DNA of 64,000 nucleotides, taken from the NCBI GenBank assembly GCA_965240465.1, contig OZ251219.1, forward strand, positions 640,001 to 704,000. Reading direction: 5' to 3'. The stretch's first letter is position 1; the number at the start of each line of letters is the position of its first letter. The position numbers were made by a program, and so were the translations under genes. The notes under the pieces were generated by a model. That model was given only the letters and a program-made list of their open reading frames with translations. It was not told the origin of the DNA and searched no databases. Below are positions 28,087-36,303 of this stretch, one piece after another. Source of the stretch: a bacterium (GTDB taxonomy: Bacteria; SAR324; JACQKK01).

Positions 28087-29816
28087 GGTTTTTCAGTGGG
28101 TTTTTCAGTGGGGGGAAGTTTTTCAGTGGGTCTTTCGGTGGCGAGAGGTTTTTCAGTGGGTCTTTCGGTGGCGGGAGGTTTTTCAGTGGGTTTTTCGGTG
28201 GCGAGAGGTTTTTCAGTGGGTCTTTCAGGGTTTTTTGGATGAATAGGCAAGGTTTTAGCAAATGGTAGGGTTAGAGTTCTTGCGGGGGTCGGAGTTCTTG
28301 CGGGGATTGGATTAATTTGCGATTGGCGTTCAGAGAGTGAATTCACCAATCTTTGGGAAGTGGGTTCTAGTCGGTTGAGTAGGGGTTGGGGGTATATTCC
28401 GACCCAAATCATTAAGAGCAGCAGAGGTGTAAGTACGGTGATTTCCAGCCAAGTGAGGTCAAGCAGGGATTTATTTTTGGGATTGGAGAGGCGACCAAAA
28501 AACACTCTTTGGATCATCCAGAGCAAATAAATGGCGGTTAGGATCATTGCAAAAGCGGAAACGATGGCTGTTGCGGGCAGGCGTTGGAAAGCTCCGAGCA
28601 GTACTAGGTATTCACCGACAAAGCCATTTAGCCCTGGCAGTCCTGCTGAGGCTAGGGCAGTTATGATAAAAGCTGCCGAGAACCAAGGCATTACTTGGAT
28701 TAGCCCTCCAAATTCGGCGATGGCTTTGGTACGTCGCCTTTGGTAGATGATGCCTACCAGCATAAACAGAGCTGCGGTGATGACTCCATGGCTGAGTATT
28801 TGTAGTACTCCGCCTTGCAGACCTTCTTCATTGAGGGTGAAAATGCCCAGGGTGACAAATCCCATGTGAGATACAGAAGAATAAGCTACTAGTTTTTTCA
28901 TGTCGGGCTGTACCATACATACTAAGGCTCCGTAGATGATGCTAGCTACACTTATCCACAGGAGCCAGGGCAAAAAGGCCTCGGTGGCAGCTGGGAAGAG
29001 CGGAATGGCAAAGCGGATGAAGCCATAAGCACCCATTTTTAGGAGTACTCCAGCTAGAATCATAGAACCTGCCGTAGGTGCTTCTACATGGGCATCGGGT
29101 AGCCACGTGTGGAAGGGAAACATGGGGGCCTTAACCGCAAATGATAGCCCAAATGCAGCCAACAACCAGTATTGTAGTTGGATTGGAAAATTGAGTTGGT
29201 ACCAATCCAGCAGGGAGAAGCTGAGTTGTGCTTGGGTTTTGTAGTGGAAGAAATAAACGAAAATGATGGCTACCAGCATGAGTACCGAGGCAGTCATGGT
29301 ATAGGCTACGAACTTAAAAGCTGCATAAACTCTATTTTCACTTCCCCAGACTAAAATGAGGAAGTACATTGGAAAGAGCATCGCTTCCCAAAAGACATAA
29401 AATAGCAGCACGTCCAAAGCCAAGAAAACCCCATTCATGCCTATCTCCAGCAGCAGCAGAGATATCATGAATTCACGTACGTGCTTGTCTACGGTAGTCC
29501 AAGAACCAATGATAGCCAGCAGGGTAAGTAGGCTAGTCAACAGCACCAGCAATAGAGATAAACCATCCAGCCCCAAGTGATAAGAAGCTCCCCAAGCGGG
29601 AATCCAAGCTAGTTTTTCAACAAATTGAAAATCAGCTCCTTGGGGTTGATAGAGCCAGTACAAGGGCAGAGCCAGCAAAAAGGTACTCGCAGCAGAGAGC
29701 ATGGCGATCCATTTCGCCCAGCTGGCAGTCCGACTAGGAATCAGCAGCAATATCACTCCCAGCAAGGGGGAAAACAGGACTGCACTTAACAATGGTATTT
29801 CAGCTAGAGAGGTCAT
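28083..29816 (-). CDS. nuoM: NADH-quinone oxidoreductase subunit M with Pro/Thr/Glu/Lys repeat tail
   Basis: FYVFWE, VKAPMFPFHTWLPDAHVEAPT, KKLVAYSSVSHMG, GLPGLNGFVGE. Confidence 0.95.
   Translation of the reverse strand: MTSLAEIPLLSAVLFSPLLGVILLLIPSRTASWAKWIAMLSAASTFLLALPLYWLYQPQGADFQFVEKLAWIPAWGASYHLGLDGLSLLLVLLTSLLTLLAIIGSWTTVDKHVREFMISLLLLEIGMNGVFLALDVLLFYVFWEAMLFPMYFLILVWGSENRVYAAFKFVAYTMTASVLMLVAIIFVYFFHYKTQAQLSFSLLDWYQLNFPIQLQYWLLAAFGLSFAVKAPMFPFHTWLPDAHVEAPTAGSMILAGVLLKMGAYGFIRFAIPLFPAATEAFLPWLLWISVASIIYGALVCMVQPDMKKLVAYSSVSHMGFVTLGIFTLNEEGLQGGVLQILSHGVITAALFMLVGIIYQRRRTKAIAEFGGLIQVMPWFSAAFIITALASAGLPGLNGFVGEYLVLLGAFQRLPATAIVSAFAMILTAIYLLWMIQRVFFGRLSNPKNKSLLDLTWLEITVLTPLLLLMIWVGIYPQPLLNRLEPTSQRLVNSLSERQSQINPIPARTPTPARTLTLPFAKTLPIHPKNPERPTEKPLATEKPTEKPPATERPTEKPLATERPTEKLPPTEKPTEKP
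28087..28228. repeat. About 4.7 x 30 bp in-frame repeat forming the NuoM tail (PTEKPLATER variants)
   Basis: GGTTTTTCAGTGGG-containing units read directly. Confidence 0.9.
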
Positions 29817-29897
29817 GTTGTATTTCCATCAGGGTAGTGCGAACAGAGGTAGTGCGGGGTAGTGCGGGGTAAAGTGCGAATTCTCAAAAAGTTAGGC

Positions 29898-31826
29898 TTA
29901 AAAGAGCCACCATCCTTCCACCAAACTGACTAGTACCAGCATTCCCAGTAACATTGCCAAGAGATAGGTTTGTGCTAAGCCAGTTTGGGTTTGTAGTAGT
30001 AGGCTACCTAAGCCTCTTGCTCCTCGTCCGACGGCATTAACTAAGCCATCCACGATTCGTACATCCATGGTTTTCCACAGCAATTGTCTAGAGAACCAAT
30101 TCAGGGGTTTTATAATAAGCACGTCATATATTTCATCAAGGTAGTATTTTTTTTGTAAGGGTAGTGCTAGGGGCTGCATTTTCTTACCCAGTGCCGAAGC
30201 TCCCTTCAGCCAGCGGCTGAACAATAGAAAGCCGAAGATCATGGCTAATAGAGCTGCTCCAGAGGTAATTCCGCTTAGTAGCCATTCCAAGGATGCCTCC
30301 TCAGTTGCGGATCCCACTGAGGGGAAGAAGCCCTCAAAGTAGCCTTCTAGCCAATTAGGAAGATGGAGGGGATGCCCTAAGAAATGGGGTATGCTAATCC
30401 AGCCTCCGCAGATGGATAACAATGCCAGACTCAACAAGGGGATGGTCATACTGGGGTGAGATTCTTTAATCTTGCTGGTAACGGAGAATCGTGGTTTGCC
30501 AAAGAAGGTCATGGCTACCGAGCGAAACATATAGAAAGCGGTCAGCACTGCGGTTAGGGCGGCTACCGCCCACAAGAGATGGCTACCCAAGGGCGAAGTG
30601 TAGGCTAGCCAGAGGATTTCATCTTTGCTGAAAAAGCCTGCAAATAGCAGGGGAAAGCCCGAGATTGCTAAGGCTCCTATCAAGTAGGTAATACCAGTGA
30701 TGGGCATATATCGGAGTAATCCGCCCATTTGTCGCATATCTTGCTGGTGATGCATGCGGTGAATTACTGATCCAGCTGCCAAGAACAACAAAGCTTTGAA
30801 GAAGGCATGGGTAAGCACATGAAAAATACTAGCCGTGAAAGCTCCTACTCCGATGGCTAGGAACATGTATCCCAATTGACTAATGGTGGAATACGCCAGC
30901 ACTTTTTTAATATCGTTTTGTACCAAGGCGATGGTAGCCGCTAATAGAGCAGTAGCTGTTCCCAATATCGCGATCACCCCCATAGCAAAGGGTGCTAGTA
31001 CTAGCAATCCGCTTAAGCGTGCCAGCAGGTAGAGTCCAGCGGTAACCATGGTAGCCGCGTGGATTAGGGCTGAAACAGGAGTGGGACCTTCCATTGCATC
31101 TGGGAGCCACACATAGAGAGGAATTTGAGCACTCTTTCCAGCTGCTGCCAGCAAAAACAGCAGGACTATTGAATTGGCAATCCAGCTATTTTCTTCCAGC
31201 CGCAAGGGAGCTTGTTCTCTCAAGAAATTGAATTCCAAACTACCAAAAATCCAAAACACCAATAGGGTAGCTACCACAAAACCCACATCCCCCACCCGAT
31301 TAAACACAAATGCCTTTTTGGCAGCTTCTGCGGCAGCTTCTCTCTGATGTTCGTATCCGATCAGCAGATAAGAGCATAGTCCGACCCCCTCCCAACCTAC
31401 GAACATCAATAGCAAATTGTTGGATAACACCAGCAATAGCATGAAAAATATAAATAAATTCAAATAGGCAAAAAATCGCTGAGAACCAGCTTCAGCTCCT
31501 ATGTAACCCACCGAATACACATGAATTAAAAAACCCACCCCAGTTATGATCAGCACGTACAAGGCACTTAGCCGATCCATCTCCAACTCTGCCCCTACCC
31601 GAAAACTACCAGCCCTAATCCAAGTGAATAATTCCTGCTGCAATATGCCCCCTTCCTCAGCCGATAACTGTAAAAACGTCAGCACTCCTAACCCAAATGA
31701 TCCCAAAATAACCCCAGGGGAAATCCAAAACACCAACTGCTTGTTTTCAGCCATATTCAGCAAGACACAACCGAAAAAACCCGCCAAAGGTAGTCCTGCT
31801 ATCAGCCATAAATAGGATCCCATCAA
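29898..31826 (-). CDS. nuoL: NADH-quinone oxidoreductase subunit L
   Basis: GWEGVGLCSYLLIG, GKSAQIPLYVWLPDAMEGPTPVSALIHAATMVTAG, HAFFKALLFL, FFSKDEIL. Confidence 0.96.
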   Translation of the reverse strand: MMGSYLWLIAGLPLAGFFGCVLLNMAENKQLVFWISPGVILGSFGLGVLTFLQLSAEEGGILQQELFTWIRAGSFRVGAELEMDRLSALYVLIITGVGFLIHVYSVGYIGAEAGSQRFFAYLNLFIFFMLLLVLSNNLLLMFVGWEGVGLCSYLLIGYEHQREAAAEAAKKAFVFNRVGDVGFVVATLLVFWIFGSLEFNFLREQAPLRLEENSWIANSIVLLFLLAAAGKSAQIPLYVWLPDAMEGPTPVSALIHAATMVTAGLYLLARLSGLLVLAPFAMGVIAILGTATALLAATIALVQNDIKKVLAYSTISQLGYMFLAIGVGAFTASIFHVLTHAFFKALLFLAAGSVIHRMHHQQDMRQMGGLLRYMPITGITYLIGALAISGFPLLFAGFFSKDEILWLAYTSPLGSHLLWAVAALTAVLTAFYMFRSVAMTFFGKPRFSVTSKIKESHPSMTIPLLSLALLSICGGWISIPHFLGHPLHLPNWLEGYFEGFFPSVGSATEEASLEWLLSGITSGAALLAMIFGFLLFSRWLKGASALGKKMQPLALPLQKKYYLDEIYDVLIIKPLNWFSRQLLWKTMDVRIVDGLVNAVGRGARGLGSLLLQTQTGLAQTYLLAMLLGMLVLVSLVEGWWLF

Positions 31827-31830
31827 TTAC

Positions 31831-32133
31831 CTAACCTTTTAATAAATTGATGTGCTCAATTTCTAGTTTTCCGCTATTCCGAAAAATAGACAAGATAATG
31901 GATAATCCTATCACCGCCTCTGCAGCCGCAATCGCTAGCACAAAAAACACCACCAAAACTCCCGTTAGTGAATCCAAGAAAGTACTAAAAGCCACCAAGG
32001 CTAAATTTACTCCATTCAGCATTAACTCAATGCAAAGCAAAATCACGATCGCATTACGACGCAAAATCACTCCAAAAGCTCCCAAACAGAACAAAGCTGC
32101 ACTCAAGACCAAGGCTCCATCCAACATGCTCAT
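31831..32133 (-). CDS. nuoK: NADH-quinone oxidoreductase subunit K
   Basis: RRNAI..L.CIELMLN.VNL, AAAEAVIGL, LLKG. Confidence 0.95.
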   Translation of the reverse strand: MSMLDGALVLSAALFCLGAFGVILRRNAIVILLCIELMLNGVNLALVAFSTFLDSLTGVLVVFFVLAIAAAEAVIGLSIILSIFRNSGKLEIEHINLLKG

Positions 32134-32675
32134 CCGCTATCCTCCTGACTTTCTCCCTCAGGAGGAGGAACTTGGCGTCGCTTGGCAATCACTACAGCCC
32201 CAATCACCGCTACCAGCAAAATAATGGAAATAGCTTCAAAGGGTAGTAAGTAATCCACCAAGAGGGTGTCTCCAATCGCCCGTACCGAACCCTCTTCTAC
32301 TAGCTTTTCAATCGGATATTCTCCCAGGATCCCCAGATTCTCCTCGGCTTTGAGTAACAAAATTGATAACTGGATAAACAAACCCCCGCAAGCTAAACCA
32401 GCTACGATGGTTCTTAAGGGCCAGCGTAATCCAAAGGCGGAATCTTCTTTTAGGTTCAGTAACATGATCACAAATAAAAACAAGACCACGATCGCCCCAG
32501 CATAAATTAGTATTTGCACCGCAGCAATGAATTCCTGACCCAGCAGAATGAAGATTCCCGCTACCGCCAACAGACATGCCACCAGCGATAAAGCACAGTA
32601 AACTGGATTACGCCCTAGTACTACCCCAAAAGCTCCTAGCAAGCTAAAGAAAGCTAGTAGATAAAATATTGTCAT
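32130..32675 (-). CDS. nuoJ: NADH-quinone oxidoreductase subunit J
   Basis: RNPVYCAL.L, QILIYAGAIVVLFLFVIMLL, YLLPFE..SIILLVAVIGA. Confidence 0.95.
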   Translation of the reverse strand: MTIFYLLAFFSLLGAFGVVLGRNPVYCALSLVACLLAVAGIFILLGQEFIAAVQILIYAGAIVVLFLFVIMLLNLKEDSAFGLRWPLRTIVAGLACGGLFIQLSILLLKAEENLGILGEYPIEKLVEEGSVRAIGDTLLVDYLLPFEAISIILLVAVIGAVVIAKRRQVPPPEGESQEDSG

Positions 32676-32697
32676 AAGTTCACGGTGGGCTTAAGCT

Positions 32698-34323
32698 CTA
32701 CTGGATGTTTTTCAAAGAAGAGAGGTCAAAAGGTTTTCCTTGGGGTCCGATGTGATCCCAGCTAAGTCCGTTCCAGGGTCCTTTCAGACGACTTAGGGCT
32801 GCTAGTACTTCTTTGCCATCAGCCAGAGGGGGGCTATTTTTCAGTTGTTGTAGCAAGGAGCTAAGTACGAAGATAGCGTCGGAGCAATTTTCAGGAGGTT
32901 TGATGGCAGGCTGGATTCTTTGGATGCGTCCTAGTTTATTGATATAGGTTCCATATTTTTCGGCGTGGGTGTAGATTGGGAAGACCACATCGGCAGTTTT
33001 GCTCCAGACGTTTTCAGTGTGTCCGAGGTGGATACGCAGTTTAGCTTGGGCGAGGGTATCGTGGAGTACTTGGTGTTGGAGGAAAGGTGAGCCCAGTATC
33101 CAGATCACGGAGGCTTTTTTAGCTGCATCCAGGATTTTATTACCATTGGGATCGGGCACTAGTCCCAGCAGGGAGGCCCCGGTGGTATTGGGAGATTTAT
33201 CGGTAGTGAGCAGGGTGTAGATGAAGGGGTCTGGATGATTTTTAGGAGGAGCAATGGCGGTTTTGCCTGGGCAGAAGGGGAAGAACACTACCGACTGGTT
33301 AAAGCCTTGTTGCATGAGAGTGCGTAGCATAAAGAGTTCTTCATTGGTAGCTGCGGAATCGCTGATAGCTAGTATTTCAGTGGGTGGAGGTTGCAATTCC
33401 TTAATGCGTTCCAGCAAGGCGGTGATAAGAGCAGACAGTTCGGCTGGCTGTTGCTTTCCTGCTACCATAGCCAGGGGTGTTGTGAGGCGGTTGCGACTAT
33501 TAGGTAGCTGATGATGACTTAAACGCCCTTCGTCACACATCCACCAGCGGTTCACCTCGTGATTTTCTCGTGGTTTGATGCGGTAGATGTGGTTATCGTG
33601 GTGGTCAAGGTTTATGTTGCAACCAGTGGAGCAACCGTTGCAGACGGAGGGGGTGTTCTTTAGTTTCCAGGCTCGTTTTTTGAAACGCCAGTCTTTTTCC
33701 ATGATGCACCCTACGGGGCAGATATCGGCTAGATTGCCTTGGAATTTATGGGTGATTTTTTGGTCTGAGAAGGTATCAAAAGTGAGTTCGTGACTGCGGA
33801 AGAACATGCTGAAGTCGTGGCTGCCGGTTATTTCTTTGCTAAAGCGTTCGCAAAGTGAGCAGTGAATACAGCGATTACGTTCCAGTTCTAGGAAGGTTCC
33901 TATTTCACGCCGACCGTAGGTACGTTTTTCGTATTCCATTTCTGAGTTACCACTGCCGTAGCGAAAGGCGAAGTCTTGCAGATCGCATTCACCAGCTTGA
34001 TCGCAGATGGAGCAATCCAGCGGGTGATTCATCAAGATGTATTCGTTGACCAGTTTTTGTCCTGCGATTGCCTTGGGCGATTCGGTGAGTACTCTCATGC
34101 CAGGGGCCGCGGGCATGGCACAGGAAGCCTGCAATTTAGGGCTAGGGTGTCCATCACCTAAGTCGGTAATTTCTACTAGGCACTGACGGCATTGGGCGGT
34201 TATGCTCAAGCCAGGGTGGTAGCAGTAATGAGGGATTTCAATTTTGTTACGCAGTACCGCAGGGAGGATGTTTTCCCCTTCGGCAAAGGTTATTTCCTTA
34301 TCGTTGATGAACAAAGTGGGCAT
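32698..34323 (-). CDS. nuoG: NADH-quinone oxidoreductase subunit G (short form)
   Basis: IPHYCYHPGL...CRQCLVE, NHPLDCSICDQAGECDLQD, RCIHCSLC, CNGCSTGC, WMCDEGR. Confidence 0.93.
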   Translation of the reverse strand: MPTLFINDKEITFAEGENILPAVLRNKIEIPHYCYHPGLSITAQCRQCLVEITDLGDGHPSPKLQASCAMPAAPGMRVLTESPKAIAGQKLVNEYILMNHPLDCSICDQAGECDLQDFAFRYGSGNSEMEYEKRTYGRREIGTFLELERNRCIHCSLCERFSKEITGSHDFSMFFRSHELTFDTFSDQKITHKFQGNLADICPVGCIMEKDWRFKKRAWKLKNTPSVCNGCSTGCNINLDHHDNHIYRIKPRENHEVNRWWMCDEGRLSHHQLPNSRNRLTTPLAMVAGKQQPAELSALITALLERIKELQPPPTEILAISDSAATNEELFMLRTLMQQGFNQSVVFFPFCPGKTAIAPPKNHPDPFIYTLLTTDKSPNTTGASLLGLVPDPNGNKILDAAKKASVIWILGSPFLQHQVLHDTLAQAKLRIHLGHTENVWSKTADVVFPIYTHAEKYGTYINKLGRIQRIQPAIKPPENCSDAIFVLSSLLQQLKNSPPLADGKEVLAALSRLKGPWNGLSWDHIGPQGKPFDLSSLKNIQ

Positions 34324-34436
34324 GGTTTTACGATTTTACCTGATTTTTATGTTTTTGGAATGCAAATGATTAAGCCAGCTTATTAAGTCAAGCGATGAGT
34401 GGAGCTATGAGTGAAGATAGCAGGAAGAATTAAGCA

Positions 34437-35702
34437 TTAGATCAACCGATGAGAAAAGTAGTGGCGGAATTCGGCTGGGAATTTTTGTATAAAGGCTTGC
34501 ATGGGAGCACCGGCGGCTTCTCCGAAGGCACAGATGGTTGTACCGATCATATTACCAGCGATGCGATTCATGCGTTGTAGGAGGTCTTCATTACCGGCTT
34601 TGTCTAGGAATTGTCGCATCATTTGTCGTATCCAGAGGGTTCCTTCTCGGCAGGGGGTGCATTGGCCGCAGGATTCGTGGTTAAAGAATCGGATGGTGCG
34701 TTCAGCTAGTTGTACCACGTCGGTTTTTTCATCAAAGACCATTAGAGCTCCAGAGCCTCTCATGGTTTGGGCTTTAGCGAGGCTATCGAAGTCGTAGGGG
34801 ATGTTTATTTCATCGGCTTTTAGTACACTGGCAGAAGCTCCTCCTGGGATAACGGCCTTTAGCAGGCGATTTTGGTGCAAGCCGCCGCCAAAATGCTGGA
34901 TGATATGTGGGAGTTGGTGTCCCATTTCCAGTTCATAGACGCCGGGTTTGTTCACATGTCCGCTGAGGCACACCAGTTGAGTGCCGCTATTTTTGGGAGT
35001 GCCGTATTGAGCGAATTTACTAGCTCCTTCTGCGAGGATTAGGGGGATATTAGCCAGGGTTTCCACATTATTGACGGTGGTAGGGCAGCCATCAAAGCCA
35101 GACTGAGCGGGAAATGGAGGCCTAAAGCGGGGTTGACCGCGTTTTCCTTCCAGTGAGTCCAGCAGGGCGGTTTCTTCTCCACAGATATATGCCCCAGCCC
35201 CAGGGTGGATGGTCAGTTCTAATGGCTGGAGGCTCAAGGATAATAGTCCCGCTTGGCGTGCTTCATCAACTGCCTTTTGCATTATTTGAATGGCAGCTAC
35301 CGATTCGCCCCGAATATAAATATATCCGTGCTGGCAACCGATGGCATAACAACCCAGCATCATTCCTTCTAGGAATAAGTGGGGGTCTTGGAGCATCAAC
35401 AAATGGTCTTTGAAGGTGCCGGGTTCACTTTCATCGGCATTGGCTACTAGGTAGTTGGGCTTATCTTTAGCCAGTGGAGGCATAAAACTCCACTTAGCAC
35501 CAGTAGGAAACCCCGCTCCGCCCCGCCCTCGCAAGCCAGATTCCTTGACAATTTCTATCAGCCGAGCTGGAGAGCAATCATTTAACACCTGTCGCCAAGC
35601 CCTATAGCCTCCTGCTTTAAGATATGCTCGCAAGCTACCGTCATAGTCTCTCCTGCGAATGTTGCGTAACAACCATAGGGTTTCTTTTGAGGTCTCTATC
35701 AT
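34437..35702 (-). CDS. nuoF: NADH-quinone oxidoreductase subunit F
   Basis: SGLRGRGGAGFPTG.KW, NADESEPGTFKD, GAGAYICGEETAL, ESCGQCTPCREG; start at ATG 35702, just after the nuoE stop. Confidence 0.96.
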   Translation of the reverse strand: MIETSKETLWLLRNIRRRDYDGSLRAYLKAGGYRAWRQVLNDCSPARLIEIVKESGLRGRGGAGFPTGAKWSFMPPLAKDKPNYLVANADESEPGTFKDHLLMLQDPHLFLEGMMLGCYAIGCQHGYIYIRGESVAAIQIMQKAVDEARQAGLLSLSLQPLELTIHPGAGAYICGEETALLDSLEGKRGQPRFRPPFPAQSGFDGCPTTVNNVETLANIPLILAEGASKFAQYGTPKNSGTQLVCLSGHVNKPGVYELEMGHQLPHIIQHFGGGLHQNRLLKAVIPGGASASVLKADEINIPYDFDSLAKAQTMRGSGALMVFDEKTDVVQLAERTIRFFNHESCGQCTPCREGTLWIRQMMRQFLDKAGNEDLLQRMNRIAGNMIGTTICAFGEAAGAPMQAFIQKFPAEFRHYFSHRLI

Positions 35703-35703
35703 A

Positions 35704-36234
35704 CTAACTATTGAACCTTGTATTTGCCAAAGGCAATATCTGAATGGCATCCTCATTACCGCTATAGACCGCATCAATCCATTCGTCCACTACTTCTAGT
35801 TTTAGCGGGCCATATAATTGCAAGTTAACCATCATCAAAGGGGCTTTATCGCAGGCTGCCAAGCATTGGGCTTCCTCCAAGCTGAATAGATTATCAGCAG
35901 TGATCCCTCCAGCGTGAATTTTTAGGTACTCCTCCAGATGTTTCATTAGATCCAAGCCTCCACATAGCCCACAAGGCAGGCAGCTACATACCATCAGGTG
36001 ATATTGACCAACTGGATGACGCTTAAACATGTTGTAAAAGGTCACCACCCCCCGTACATGATTCAAACTAGTTTCACACAATTCAGCCACACAGACATCC
36101 CAGCCCGGCGGCAACCAGCCGCCATTATCTCTTTGAGCTAGGTGCAGAATAGGCAACAAAGCGTGAACTTTTTTAGGATAACGGGCAAAAAGTTCGTTCA
36201 CTTCTGCCATCGTTTGCTTGCTAAATTTAGCCAT
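35704..36234 (-). CDS. nuoE: NADH-quinone oxidoreductase subunit E
   Basis: ALLPILHLAQ, VVTFYNMF, VCSCLPC, CLAACDKAP. Confidence 0.93.
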   Translation of the reverse strand: MAKFSKQTMAEVNELFARYPKKVHALLPILHLAQRDNGGWLPPGWDVCVAELCETSLNHVRGVVTFYNMFKRHPVGQYHLMVCSCLPCGLCGGLDLMKHLEEYLKIHAGGITADNLFSLEEAQCLAACDKAPLMMVNLQLYGPLKLEVVDEWIDAVYSGNEDAIQILPLANTRFNS

Positions 36235-36303
36235 CTTTTTAGATCAACAAGCCATCAGAAACATGCTCCCTACTAGAACATATACCGATCATGGGATGTT
36301 CCG

